DNA of 57,899 bases. Origin: an uncultured Maribacter sp. (GTDB taxonomy: Bacteria; Bacteroidota; Bacteroidia; Flavobacteriales; Flavobacteriaceae). Both the position numbers and the translations under genes were made by a program. The DNA lies in NCBI GenBank assembly GCA_937125035.1, contig CAKZLG010000223.1:1-57899 (forward strand), read 5' to 3'. The notes below the pieces were generated by a model that saw nothing but the letters and a program-made list of their open reading frames with translations, searched no databases and was not told the origin of the DNA. Shown here piece by piece: positions 29,637-39,633 of this stretch (its first letter is position 1; every line of letters begins with the position of its first letter).

Positions 29637-31532
29637 TTATCTCAAAATAACGATTCCCAACGGTGGAATGCATATTTCAACGGACTTCTTATGTCCATGC
29701 CATGCCTTTGTGGATGTTTTAATGGCGGTGTTGAGCCTATCACTTCCACCATACGCAGTGGCGTCACTGTTCAATACTTCCTTAAGTTTCCCTTTTTTGG
29801 GAATTCCAATTCTGTAATTTTCCCGAGGCACTGGGGTAAAATTGCAGGCTATGATGAGATCGTTCTTCTCGTCATGGCCCTTTCGGATATAGGTCAACAC
29901 GGAATTCTCATGGTCTCCATAATCGATCCATTGAAAGCCTTCCGGACTGAACTGTTTTTCGTAGAGCGCCGGAGAACCTTTGTAAAGAGCGTTGAGATCC
30001 TTTACAAACTGTTGCACCCCAGCATGTACCCCATATTGCAACAAATGCCAATCCAAGCTCTGTTGAAAGTTCCATTCCGCGGTCTGCCCAAATTCCCCGC
30101 CCATGAACATGAGTTTCGTGCCCGGATGGGTGAACATATAACCAAACAGGAGTCTAAGGTTGGCAAAGCGCTGCCATTCATCGCCCGGCATACGGTACAC
30201 CAAGGACTGTTTGCCATACACCACCTCATCATGGGAAAAGGGCAGCATGAAATTTTCGGTAAAGGCATAGGTCATGCTAAAAGTAAGATCGTTTTGGTGG
30301 TGTCTTCGGTAAACGGGTTCTTTTTTAAAATACTCCAAGGTATCGTGCATCCAACCCATCATCCATTTCATGCCAAAGCCCAGTCCTCCAAAATGAACCG
30401 GTTTGGAGACCCCAGTAAAGGCGGTGGATTCCTCGGCAATGGTCTGTACGCCCTCAAAACTGGCATAGACCTCTTGGTTGAGCTCCCGTATAAAGGACAT
30501 GGCCTCCAAGTGCTCATTGTTACCATACATGTTGGGCTCCCACTCCCCTTCTTCCCTGGAATAATCCAAATAGAGCATGGAGGCCACTGCGTCCACCCGA
30601 AGTCCGTCCACATGAAATTGATCTAACCAAAATAAGGCGTTGCTGATGAGAAAAGCACGTACTTCGTTTCTGCCGTAATTGAAGATGAGGCTTTTCCAAT
30701 CTGGGTGATATCCTTTTCTGCGATCCGGGTGCTCATATAAATGTGAGCCATCAAAGAAACCGAGGCCGTGGGCGTCTTCCGGAAAGTGGCTGGGCACCCA
30801 ATCCAAGATTACCCCAATATCATTTTGGTGAAAAGCATCCACTAGGGCCTTGAAATCCTCTGGGGTGCCAAAGCGGGAAGTGGGGGCAAAATATCCCGTG
30901 AGTTGATAGCCCCATGAAGGATCATACGGGTATTCCATAATGGGCATGAATTCCACATGGGTGTACCCCATCTCTTTGACATAGGCCACCAAATCTTTGG
31001 CCAATTGGCGGTAGGAAAGAAAATTATTGTCCTTGTCCCGCTTCCAAGAGCCCAAATGCACCTCGTAGACAGAATAGGGCCTGTCCAGCCCGTTCTTTTC
31101 CTTTCTATACCCCATCCATGCACCATCGTTCCACGCATATTGGGCATCCCAGACCACGGAGGCCGTCTTTGGTGGATGCTCGCACAGCCTACCAAAGGGA
31201 TCGGCCTTTTCTGTCCAGATATCATTGTTGTTGCTCTGTATCTTGTATTTGTAGATAGCGCCATGCCCCACCGAGGGAATGAAACCTTCCCAGATGCCAC
31301 TGGAGTCCCACCGCACCATGAGTTGGTGCTCATCGGCATTCCAGCCATTAAAGTCGCCCACCACGGAAACGGATTTGGCCGAAGGGGCCCAAACGGCAAA
31401 GTAGGTTCCCTTTTTCTTGTTCACTGTTACCGGATGGGACCCCAATTTGTCGTAAAGTCGGTAATGTTTTCCCCCTTTGAAAAGATCAATATCAAAATCA
31501 GTGAAAAGGGAATGTGATACTACTTTGGCCAT
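29637..31532 (-). CDS. glgB: 1,4-alpha-glucan branching enzyme
   Basis: VWAP.A, YEVHLGSW, SWGYQ, RVDAVASM, AEEST and SHDEVV motifs. Confidence 0.97.
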   Translation of the reverse strand: MAKVVSHSLFTDFDIDLFKGGKHYRLYDKLGSHPVTVNKKKGTYFAVWAPSAKSVSVVGDFNGWNADEHQLMVRWDSSGIWEGFIPSVGHGAIYKYKIQSNNNDIWTEKADPFGRLCEHPPKTASVVWDAQYAWNDGAWMGYRKEKNGLDRPYSVYEVHLGSWKRDKDNNFLSYRQLAKDLVAYVKEMGYTHVEFMPIMEYPYDPSWGYQLTGYFAPTSRFGTPEDFKALVDAFHQNDIGVILDWVPSHFPEDAHGLGFFDGSHLYEHPDRRKGYHPDWKSLIFNYGRNEVRAFLISNALFWLDQFHVDGLRVDAVASMLYLDYSREEGEWEPNMYGNNEHLEAMSFIRELNQEVYASFEGVQTIAEESTAFTGVSKPVHFGGLGFGMKWMMGWMHDTLEYFKKEPVYRRHHQNDLTFSMTYAFTENFMLPFSHDEVVYGKQSLVYRMPGDEWQRFANLRLLFGYMFTHPGTKLMFMGGEFGQTAEWNFQQSLDWHLLQYGVHAGVQQFVKDLNALYKGSPALYEKQFSPEGFQWIDYGDHENSVLTYIRKGHDEKNDLIIACNFTPVPRENYRIGIPKKGKLKEVLNSDATAYGGSDRLNTAIKTSTKAWHGHKKSVEICIPPLGIVILR

Positions 31533-31649
31533 AGTTGCGTTGTTTAAAAGGTAAAGCTAATCATCTTTGTACTATTTGGGGGCAATGCGCGTTAACTTTA
31601 TTACCTCTATTGCCTCTTTGAACAAAGCTATACATCCTTTTTAAAAAAA

Positions 31650-31664
31650 TGGAACGCTTTTTGA
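31650..31664 (+). promoter_or_regulatory. Sigma54-like element upstream of the collagen-like lipoprotein
   Basis: TGGAACG-CTTT-TTGA, with the same spacing and the same TTGA variant as the lon site. Confidence 0.45.
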
Positions 31665-31707
31665 AAAGGTATCATGAAATTTATATAGAAACCCTAAAAC
31701 GAATACT

Positions 31708-32274
31708 ATGAAAAAAATAAACGCACTACTCGGCAGCCTTATGATGATATTCCTTTTTTCTTGTGAAGGACCGCAGGGTCCTCCAGGTTTTGATGGATTT
31801 GATGGAAGGGATGGTTTGGACGGACAGGACGGAATAAACATTTTAGGCAAGGTCTTGGACATTGAAGGGTCTTTTACCCCGGAAAACGAATACTCCATAT
31901 TCTACGAATTTCCCCAAACCGTGGAAGTATTTGAAACAGATGTGATCTTGGTCTATCTCCTTTGGGACGTGACCGAAGACGGTAATGGTGACCCAGTGGA
32001 TATTTGGAGACTTATGCCACAGACCCGCATCATAGACCAAGGCTTGCTCCAATATAACTACGATCACACTTTTTTTGATGTGAATATTTTCTTGGAGACG
32101 GATTTTGACCCCATTGGTCTGCTCCCCGCAGATACGGACAACCAAGTCTTTAGGATAGCAGTGATACCCGCCGAATTGGCGGAGAGCAGCAAATTGGATG
32201 TGTCCAATATTCACATGGTCATGGGCCGTTTGGGCATCACCGAGGACGAGGTACAGAAAACGGACCTTAACTAA
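31708..32274 (+). CDS. Lipoprotein with a short collagen-like Gly-X-Y repeat
   Basis: Lipobox LFSC followed by GPQ GPP GFD GFD GRD GLD GQD GIN. Confidence 0.8.
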   Translation: MKKINALLGSLMMIFLFSCEGPQGPPGFDGFDGRDGLDGQDGINILGKVLDIEGSFTPENEYSIFYEFPQTVEVFETDVILVYLLWDVTEDGNGDPVDIWRLMPQTRIIDQGLLQYNYDHTFFDVNIFLETDFDPIGLLPADTDNQVFRIAVIPAELAESSKLDVSNIHMVMGRLGITEDEVQKTDLN

Positions 32275-32293
32275 TATAAGGCAAACGTCCTTT

Positions 32294-32334
32294 AAAATGC
32301 CGCCTGCCCTTTGGGTTGGGCGGCATTTTTTTTT
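32294..32334 (+). terminator. Intrinsic terminator
   Basis: AAAATGCCGCC/GGCGGCATTTT hairpin ending in a T9 run. Confidence 0.85.
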
Positions 32335-32422
32335 AGGATACGTTAACAACATGCAGTTACACATTCCCTTACCTTTGAAAGTAATAGCGGGGGATTTCGA
32401 CAAACTTTTAAACAAATGTTAG

Positions 32423-32935
32423 ATGCGAACAAAAATAATCATTGGGCTTTTGGTACTGCTCACCAGTTGTAAGGGCAATTCACAAAATCAAGAAAAAACG
32501 AGTACGGAGAACACAGTAGCCAACACCACGGAAGCCAACACCTTTCCGGTGGAAAAAACCGAAGCCGAGTGGAAAGCGGAACTTACTGAAGAAGAATTCT
32601 ATGTGCTGCGCAAAGCGGCCACGGAATACGCTTTTACCAGTGATCTGTTAGACGTTAAGGAAGAGGGCACCTATGTCTGTGCCGGCTGTGGCACCCCAGT
32701 ATTCCACAGCAGCACCAAGTTTGATTCCGGTACGGGATGGCCCAGCTTTTACGAGGAAATAACCGGCAATGTAGCCTATGACGTGGATTATAAAATAGGC
32801 TACAAAAGAACGGAGGAACATTGTGCCACCTGTGGTGGGCATTTGGGCCATGTTTTTGATGATGGTCCTGCCCCAACGGGCAAAAGGCACTGCATCAATG
32901 GTGTGGCGCTGGATTTTATTCCCAGCAATGAATAG
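32423..32935 (+). CDS. msrB: Peptide-methionine (R)-S-oxide reductase, lipoprotein
   Basis: CAGC and CATC Zn ligands, KFDSGTGWPSF, HLGHVF.DGP and RHCIN. Lipobox LTSC. Confidence 0.95.
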   Translation: MRTKIIIGLLVLLTSCKGNSQNQEKTSTENTVANTTEANTFPVEKTEAEWKAELTEEEFYVLRKAATEYAFTSDLLDVKEEGTYVCAGCGTPVFHSSTKFDSGTGWPSFYEEITGNVAYDVDYKIGYKRTEEHCATCGGHLGHVFDDGPAPTGKRHCINGVALDFIPSNE

Positions 32936-33020
32936 TAAAGCTCAAAGACGCCTTGCCGGTATCTATACCTGTACATTACTTTAAAAACAAGCTATAAAAT
33001 TTACGGAAGTACCTATTGCC

Positions 33021-33548
33021 ATGGAAACGCCCCCTTTTTTAGAGAGTGCCCGCTTCGAGTTTGAACGTTATAAAACCTTGGGCGACCAGACCTTGAAGGC
33101 CTTGACCCAAGAGCAATTGCATTGGCGGCCCCATACTACAGACAATAGCGTGGCCCTCCTTGTACAGCATATGGCCGGGAACATGAAAAGTAGGTGGACG
33201 AACATCTGGACAGAGGATGGTGAAAAACCATGGCGCAAGCGCGAAACGGAATTTACCGTTACGGATTTGGACAAAGCGGAACTATTGGCACTTTGGGAAA
33301 GCGGTTGGGACGTTCTCTTTTCTACCATGGAGAGCATCACGAAAGCCCAATTGCACCAAGACATATCTATCCGAAACGAAAAACTTACCCTTATGGCCGC
33401 CCTGCACCGGCAGCTGGCCCATTATGCCTATCATGTGGGGCAAATGGTGTATTTGGGCAAAATGATGCGCAAAGAGCAATGGTCATCACTTTCCATACCT
33501 CCGGGAGGCTCGGAGGGGTTCAATGCAGCCCTTTTCGGAAGAGCGTAA
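33021..33548 (+). CDS. DUF1572 / DinB-superfamily protein
   Basis: NS....V.H..GN..SRW, DGEK.WR.R and HY.YH.GQ motifs. Confidence 0.85.
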   Translation: METPPFLESARFEFERYKTLGDQTLKALTQEQLHWRPHTTDNSVALLVQHMAGNMKSRWTNIWTEDGEKPWRKRETEFTVTDLDKAELLALWESGWDVLFSTMESITKAQLHQDISIRNEKLTLMAALHRQLAHYAYHVGQMVYLGKMMRKEQWSSLSIPPGGSEGFNAALFGRA

Positions 33549-33672
33549 ATCACAAAAAAAGCATCCATTACCGTTTTAAATACATGTCCCCCTATTGTCC
33601 TTAAGTGCACGTTTTGTATTTTTGCACGGCCTTTTTAGGGCATCTTAATCACGAATATCAAAAACCTTGGAT

Positions 33673-35064
33673 ATGAGCAATTTTGACATCATTGTTTTGG
33701 GCAGTGGCCCCGGTGGATATGTAACGGCCATTAGGGCTTCACAATTGGGCTTTAAGACCGCCATCATTGAAAAAGAGAGCCTTGGCGGTGTATGCCTCAA
33801 TTGGGGCTGTATCCCCACCAAAGCGTTGTTGAAATCGGCCCAGGTTTTTGAGTATCTGCAGCATGCCGGTGATTATGGCCTAACGGCCGATGGGGTGGAC
33901 AAGGATTTCAACGCCGTGGTAAAGCGCAGCCGCAATGTGGCCGATGGCATGAGCAAAGGGGTTCAGTTTTTGATGAAAAAAAACAAGATAGAGGTCATCA
34001 ACGGGCACGGCACGCTTAAACCGGGCAAAAAAGTGGCGGTGAAGTCCGCCGAAGGGACCGTGACCGAATACAGCGCCGACCATATCATCATAGCCACAGG
34101 GGCCCGTAGCCGGGAATTGCCCAGCTTGCCCCAAGACGGCAAAAAGATCATTGGTTACAGAAAGGCCATGACTTTGGACAAACAGCCCAAAAAGTTGGTG
34201 GTTGTGGGCAGTGGGGCCATAGGGATAGAGTTTGCCTATTTCTACAATGCCATGGGCACGGAAGTGACCGTCGTGGAATACTTGCCCCATATTGTTCCAG
34301 TGGAGGATGAGGACGTATCCAAACAATTGGAGCGCAGTTTCAAAAAAGCGGGCATAAAGATCATGACCTCTGCCGAGGTGACCCACGTGGATACATCTGG
34401 CGAAGGCGTAAAGGTGAATGTCAAAAAAGAGAAAGGAGCCGAGATCATTGAAGCCGATATGGTACTCTCTGCCGTGGGCATCAAGACCAACATAGAGAAC
34501 ATAGGCTTGGAGGACGTTGGCATTACCGTTGATCGTGACAAGATCATGGTGAATGATTACTACCAGACCAATATACCCGGGTATTATGCCATTGGAGACG
34601 TGACCCCAGGACCGGCGCTGGCCCACGTGGCCTCAGCGGAAGGTATATTGTGTGTGGAAAAAATAGCGGACATGCACGTGGAACCATTGGATTATGGTAA
34701 CATTCCTGGGTGTACCTATTGCCATCCAGAGATTGCCTCGGTGGGACTTACTGAAAAACAGGCCAGAGCCAAAGGGTTGGACATCAAGGTGGGTAAATTT
34801 CCATTTTCCGCCAGTGGCAAGGCAAAGGCTTCAGGAGCGTCAGACGGTTTCGTAAAGGTGATCTTTGATGCCAAATATGGCGAATGGTTGGGCTGCCATA
34901 TGATCGGCGCCGGCGTTACAGACATGATCGCAGAGGCTGTTTTAGGCCGTAAATTGGAAACCACAGGTCACGAGGTCCTTAAGGCCGTACATCCCCACCC
35001 AACAATGAGCGAAGCGGTGATGGAAGCCGTGGCAGACGCATACGGAGAGGTCATTCACTTATAA
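33673..35064 (+). CDS. lpdA: Dihydrolipoyl dehydrogenase
   Basis: GSGPGGY, the redox disulfide GGVCLNWGCIPTK, GSGAIG.E and HPHPT.SE. Confidence 0.96.
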   Translation: MSNFDIIVLGSGPGGYVTAIRASQLGFKTAIIEKESLGGVCLNWGCIPTKALLKSAQVFEYLQHAGDYGLTADGVDKDFNAVVKRSRNVADGMSKGVQFLMKKNKIEVINGHGTLKPGKKVAVKSAEGTVTEYSADHIIIATGARSRELPSLPQDGKKIIGYRKAMTLDKQPKKLVVVGSGAIGIEFAYFYNAMGTEVTVVEYLPHIVPVEDEDVSKQLERSFKKAGIKIMTSAEVTHVDTSGEGVKVNVKKEKGAEIIEADMVLSAVGIKTNIENIGLEDVGITVDRDKIMVNDYYQTNIPGYYAIGDVTPGPALAHVASAEGILCVEKIADMHVEPLDYGNIPGCTYCHPEIASVGLTEKQARAKGLDIKVGKFPFSASGKAKASGASDGFVKVIFDAKYGEWLGCHMIGAGVTDMIAEAVLGRKLETTGHEVLKAVHPHPTMSEAVMEAVADAYGEVIHL

Positions 35065-35074
35065 ACGGAAATCC

Positions 35075-35356
35075 ATGATGTTACTATTTAGAATCGTGGC
35101 CATTTTGGAGGGCATCTCCTATCTGGCCCTCTTTGGCATTACCATGCCATTGAAATACTGGGCAGAGATTACCGGGCCCAACAAGGTGGTGGGCTATGCC
35201 CATGGCGCCCTGTTCATTGCCTTTCTTGTACTGGCCCTTGTGGTTACTTGGGAAAAGAAATGGGGCATTAAGAGGTTCATCATTTTCGGTATTGCCTCCT
35301 TACTGCCCTTTGCCACTTTTTATGTAGAGGAAAAGTACTTAAGGGAAAAAGCATAA
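35075..35356 (+). CDS. DUF3817 small membrane protein
   Basis: EG.S...L....MP.KY, HG.LF and S..PF motifs. Confidence 0.8.
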   Translation: MMLLFRIVAILEGISYLALFGITMPLKYWAEITGPNKVVGYAHGALFIAFLVLALVVTWEKKWGIKRFIIFGIASLLPFATFYVEEKYLREKA

Positions 35357-35366
35357 CGAACTCTGG

Positions 35367-36530
35367 CTATTCCGTGGTCAACTCCTCCGTTTTGGGGACA
35401 ATTTTATAGATGCTCCCATCAAAGGAACAGATGTAGAGCTCGTTCTCTTGGTCCACTCCAAAAGAGGTGATGCTCAATCTGGATTCAAACAAGAGCTCAT
35501 TGGTGTCGTTCCCTAGATCCAAGGCCCAGACACGGCCACTGACAAAATCGCCATAAATGTATTTGCCTATCAAGGAAGGATTAAGGGAACCTCGATACAC
35601 AAAGCCACCGGTTATGGAGCGGTCCCCATTATCATGGTTGTATTCAAATACAGGTGGTTGCAGCCCATCGGCATCGCAATCGCCTGAAAAACAAAACGTG
35701 CCCTCAAAAAGCTTCCAACCATAATTACCGCCCACTTCCACCATGTTTATTTCCTCACGGTCTCCCTGGCCCACATCACCCGTCCATAAATTACCCGTTT
35801 GTGCGTCAAAGGACATGCGCCACGGGTTTCTAAAGCCATAGGCGAATATTTCAGGGCGAACATTGGGTTCGTCTAGAAAAGGATTGCCCACGGGGATGGC
35901 ATAATTTTGCCCATTCTCTTGTGCATCCACATTGATCCTAAGAATGTTGCCCAACAAATTGGCCCGGTTCTGTGCATTGTTCTGAGGGTCGCCCCCACCA
36001 CCGCCATCACCTATGGCAATGTATAAGTGGCCATCTGGCCCAAAGGCCAATTGTCCCCCATTGTGATTGGTAAGGGGCTGTGGTATTTCAAGAAGCACCA
36101 CCTCACTATCGGGGTCCACAACATTTCCAGAGGTTCCCGTTGAAAACCTGGATACCACAGCAAGTTCGCTATTGGGCGTATAAAACACATAGAAGAAGCC
36201 ATTGTTGGCAAACTCTGGATGAAAGGCCAAGCCCAAGAGTCCCTGCTCACTGGCCGTGGAGATGTTGGAAAGTTGTAAAAAAGTGGAAGCCTGTGTGGCA
36301 CCATTGCCCGGTGCCAAGACGACCCTACCGCCCTTTTCCACCACAAAAACGCGGCCACTCCCATCGTTGGGCACCTGTAGGTCCAAAGGTTGGGAAAAGG
36401 AAGTGCCCGGAAAGGCATCCACCAGCTCCACGCCCGTTATTTCTGGCTCCGGAGGAAGCGTGGTTTCGTCTGAATCACAGGAAACAAAGACCGCTGTTAG
36501 AGCCAACGGCAGATATCTGAGGATGTTCAT
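35367..36530 (-). CDS. PQQ-dependent sugar dehydrogenase (GSDH beta-propeller) lipoprotein
   Basis: Lipobox FVSC, EQGLLGLAFHP, NHNGG.L.FGPDG, G.RNPWR and NYGW motifs. Confidence 0.9.
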   Translation of the reverse strand: MNILRYLPLALTAVFVSCDSDETTLPPEPEITGVELVDAFPGTSFSQPLDLQVPNDGSGRVFVVEKGGRVVLAPGNGATQASTFLQLSNISTASEQGLLGLAFHPEFANNGFFYVFYTPNSELAVVSRFSTGTSGNVVDPDSEVVLLEIPQPLTNHNGGQLAFGPDGHLYIAIGDGGGGGDPQNNAQNRANLLGNILRINVDAQENGQNYAIPVGNPFLDEPNVRPEIFAYGFRNPWRMSFDAQTGNLWTGDVGQGDREEINMVEVGGNYGWKLFEGTFCFSGDCDADGLQPPVFEYNHDNGDRSITGGFVYRGSLNPSLIGKYIYGDFVSGRVWALDLGNDTNELLFESRLSITSFGVDQENELYICSFDGSIYKIVPKTEELTTE

Positions 36531-36584
36531 AGAAAAGCGATTTTTTTTATATACGAGGAGACCCCAAATATTGGATGCCGTGAC

Positions 36585-37004
36585 CTAGGATAGCAAGAAG
36601 CTCTCAATGGCCAAATCATAGCTTTGAAGTCCAAACCCTAAAATGACCCCTTTCGCAACAGGGGATACATGGGATACATGGCGATAGGCCTCCCGCTGCA
36701 TGGTATTGGAGATGTGCACCTCCACCACGGGAGTACTTATGGCCTTTATGGCATCTCCAATGCCCACAGAGGTATGTGTATAGGCCGCGGCATTGAGGAT
36801 GATCCCATCATGGGAAAAGCCCACTTCCTGTATTTTACCAATAAGTTCGCCTTCAATATTCGACTGAAAATAATCCAAGGTCAACTTTTTGTATTTGGCC
36901 CTTAGGCCGGCCAGATAATCTTCAAAAGAAGCTGCCCCATATATTTCAGGTTCCCTTTTGCCCAAAAGATTGAGATTGGGACCATTGATGATGATGAGTT
37001 TCAT
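36585..37004 (-). CDS. aroQ: Type II 3-dehydroquinate dehydratase
   Basis: NGPNLNLLG.REP..YG, N.AAYTHTS and EVHISN motifs. Confidence 0.96.
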   Translation of the reverse strand: MKLIIINGPNLNLLGKREPEIYGAASFEDYLAGLRAKYKKLTLDYFQSNIEGELIGKIQEVGFSHDGIILNAAAYTHTSVGIGDAIKAISTPVVEVHISNTMQREAYRHVSHVSPVAKGVILGFGLQSYDLAIESFLLS

Positions 37005-37240
37005 GGGATAAAAATAAGCATAAATGAAGCCGATGTAACAAAATTTCCGCTCTTGGAAGAATCCAACAACATCAATATACTTATTTTAATCTTGATGTGG
37101 TGGGGGAAATTCAAGGATATTCAAAAAAAAGATATCGGACCACATACCATGAGACAGCACATTGTTTTTAAAAAGCCATGAATTTTGAAGGCTGTGCCAG
37201 TACCTTACGGGCCATGCCCAATGAAGAACACTTAAGCCCC

Positions 37241-37759
37241 CTAAAACAAAATCAAAATCCCCGCCAAGACCGCGGAAAAGGTAACCTCATCGTTTACGGC
37301 AAAATAGGATACGTTCAGTTCCGTGTTGCCCCCATTGATATCCACCCCCATACTGGGCCGGTAATAAAGGCCGCCCGCATTGTCTTCGTTGACGCCCAAA
37401 GCATACCCAATGTCCCCTCCCAGCTTAAAGCCTGAAGAAGGGTATATACGAAAGGAACCTGCTAAGGGAATGAACTGTACATTACCAAATTCCGTGGTGA
37501 CCGTGGTGCCGCCTGCGGTAATCTCTTGCTCCTCGCCAAAGGCATTCAAAAAACCAGTGGCCAAACCAAGGTCCACCTCCTTACTCACCCCCCAATGTTG
37601 GTAGATATCCAAACCGAGGGTAAGGCTATAGGCTTCCGAAAAATCACCCATGACCAATCCGGCGTTGATACCGGCCCTAAAATTGGTCCTGTCCACATAT
37701 TGGGATTGTAGGATACTCGTGAAAGCAAAGAATACTGCCAAGGCGCTAAAGGTCTTCAT
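37241..37759 (-). CDS. Small outer-membrane beta-barrel protein
   Basis: Signal peptide, amphipathic beta strands (FIPLAGSFR, GGDIGYALG, GLYYRP..G) and a C-terminal Phe. Confidence 0.75.
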   Translation of the reverse strand: MKTFSALAVFFAFTSILQSQYVDRTNFRAGINAGLVMGDFSEAYSLTLGLDIYQHWGVSKEVDLGLATGFLNAFGEEQEITAGGTTVTTEFGNVQFIPLAGSFRIYPSSGFKLGGDIGYALGVNEDNAGGLYYRPSMGVDINGGNTELNVSYFAVNDEVTFSAVLAGILILF

Positions 37760-37954
37760 GGTATGGATGTGTTATTGAATCACACAAACATACAAAGCCC
37801 TGAAAATCCACCCAATTTAAGTTGTAAGCAGACCCTCACCTGTTGTATAACCTGGTTTTTTGGATGGCTTACCCCAAGGTCACCCCCTGGCGCATTGGCC
37901 GTTCAACCAGCTAATACCCCTGAAACCCATCGACGAATGGACCGAGTTATCCCT

Positions 37955-38548
37955 TTAGAAAAAATAAAGCACCCCAATTTGCAGAGTGGCATTGTTGACA
38001 TCCAGAGAACCGCCAAGGGGACCATCATACCGGTCTGTAAGGGAAATGCCATACCTGCCCTGAATAGCAAACTTTTCCGTAATATCAAAACCAAGGCCAA
38101 AACCAAGTTCTATGGCCGTTGAATTCAACACATCGTCTATATTGCCGTTATTGCCCACAACGCCTTGCACATCGCGTATGGCCTGTTTGATGTCATTTAG
38201 GTTGGTGGAAAAACTAAATTGTGGCCCCGCCTGTATAAAAAACTTATCCGTTGCATAGTACTTGGCCATGACCGGGAGATAGACAAAAGCCAGGTCGCCA
38301 GCGCTTCCATAAGTCAATTCCGGTTGAATATGGAATTTATTGGAAGCAGCGATATCCGCAGCAACCCCAATGTAGAAACCGGTCTTGTTGATAGCATCAA
38401 GATTGGCCAAGTTAAAGCCGAGGACCGATATATTGATGTCCGCATTCGTGTTCAATAACCCTCCGGAAAGTCCGAATTTAGGTAAGGTCTGACTTTGAAC
38501 CGTGGTCAGTCCCACGGCCAACAGAAAAAAAAGCATTGCATTTCTCAT
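37955..38548 (-). CDS. Outer-membrane beta-barrel (porin/PorT-like) protein
   Basis: Signal peptide, GFY.G, QPEL.Y, LPV.AKY, AGPQ and RY..G motifs, ending in YFF. Confidence 0.8.
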   Translation of the reverse strand: MRNAMLFFLLAVGLTTVQSQTLPKFGLSGGLLNTNADINISVLGFNLANLDAINKTGFYIGVAADIAASNKFHIQPELTYGSAGDLAFVYLPVMAKYYATDKFFIQAGPQFSFSTNLNDIKQAIRDVQGVVGNNGNIDDVLNSTAIELGFGLGFDITEKFAIQGRYGISLTDRYDGPLGGSLDVNNATLQIGVLYFF

Positions 38549-38692
38549 AGTGTAAAAGTTAGTGTTTTTGCAATTTCAAATATAAAGAACTTGCCCTAAT
38601 CCCGCTAACCCTAAATTCAAATTGAGCAAGCATGCCATAAAGCGGCATTTTCCGGAACCATAGTTCTGCCCCTAAATCCTATCTTTGGGGGC

Positions 38693-39589
38693 ATGGAGTG
38701 GAAAGATGCACTTACGGATTACGGCCATTACCTAAAGTTGGAACGGGGATTGGCGGAAAATTCCATCCAAAATTACGTTTTGGACGTTAAAAAATTACAC
38801 CACTACGTAAGGGAGAACAACATGGCCTGCACGCCCGTTGCCATAGACCGTGAAGCATTGGAAAGCTTCATTTATGATACAGCGAAAAAGGTCAATGCCA
38901 GATCACAGGCCCGCATCATCTCCGGGCTAAAGAGTTTTTTCAATTATCTGGTCTTTGAGGATTATAGAAAAGACAACCCCTTGGAACTCATAGAGGCCCC
39001 TAAAATAGGCCGCAAATTGCCCGACACCCTATCCGAAGGGGAAATCAACGCCCTCATTGGGGCCATAGACCTCAGTAAGCCAGAAGGGGAGCGCAACCGT
39101 GCCATGCTGGAGACGCTCTATGGTTGCGGACTACGGGTGTCCGAACTGATCGGCCTAAAATTGTCCGACCTTTATTTTGAGGAGGATTTCATAAAAGTGA
39201 CAGGCAAAGGCAACAAACAGCGCTTTGTGCCCATTAGTGCCATCAATAAAAAATACATTTCCATTTATAACGATCAGATACGCGTTCACTTAAAAATAGA
39301 CAAAGAGGCCCAAGATATTCTTTTCCTCAATCGTAGGGGCAAAGGATTGTCCAGGGCCATGGTCTTCACTATCGTAAAGGACCTGGCCAGGACCATAGGA
39401 CTAAAGAAGACCATCAGTCCCCACACCTTTCGGCATTCCTTTGCCACGCATCTATTGGAGAACGGAGCGGACCTCAGGGCCATTCAACAAATGCTGGGCC
39501 ATGAGAGCATCACCACCACAGAGGTGTATATGCACGTGGACCGCTCCCATTTGGCAGAGGTGCTTCAAAAATACCATCCCAGAAATTAA
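38693..39589 (+). CDS. xerD: Site-specific tyrosine recombinase XerD
   Basis: LYG.GLRVSE, GKG.KQR, HTFRHSFATHLL..GADL..IQ.MLGH and the catalytic Tyr. Confidence 0.9.
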   Translation: MEWKDALTDYGHYLKLERGLAENSIQNYVLDVKKLHHYVRENNMACTPVAIDREALESFIYDTAKKVNARSQARIISGLKSFFNYLVFEDYRKDNPLELIEAPKIGRKLPDTLSEGEINALIGAIDLSKPEGERNRAMLETLYGCGLRVSELIGLKLSDLYFEEDFIKVTGKGNKQRFVPISAINKKYISIYNDQIRVHLKIDKEAQDILFLNRRGKGLSRAMVFTIVKDLARTIGLKKTISPHTFRHSFATHLLENGADLRAIQQMLGHESITTTEVYMHVDRSHLAEVLQKYHPRN

Positions 39590-39633
39590 GGGCGCCCATA
39601 CTGCGGTAACGCCTGCTTTAACGAGGAAAGGAA

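Noticed and set aside
32928-32984. 18-codon ORF overlapping the msrB stop (MNSKAQRRLAGIYTCTLL)
   Set aside because: Too short, with no supporting evidence. It could be chance or a gene remnant.
38693-39589. Tyrosine recombinase as a sign of a prophage or integrative element
   Set aside because: It has a housekeeping XerD signature, with no att repeats, phage genes or cargo nearby.
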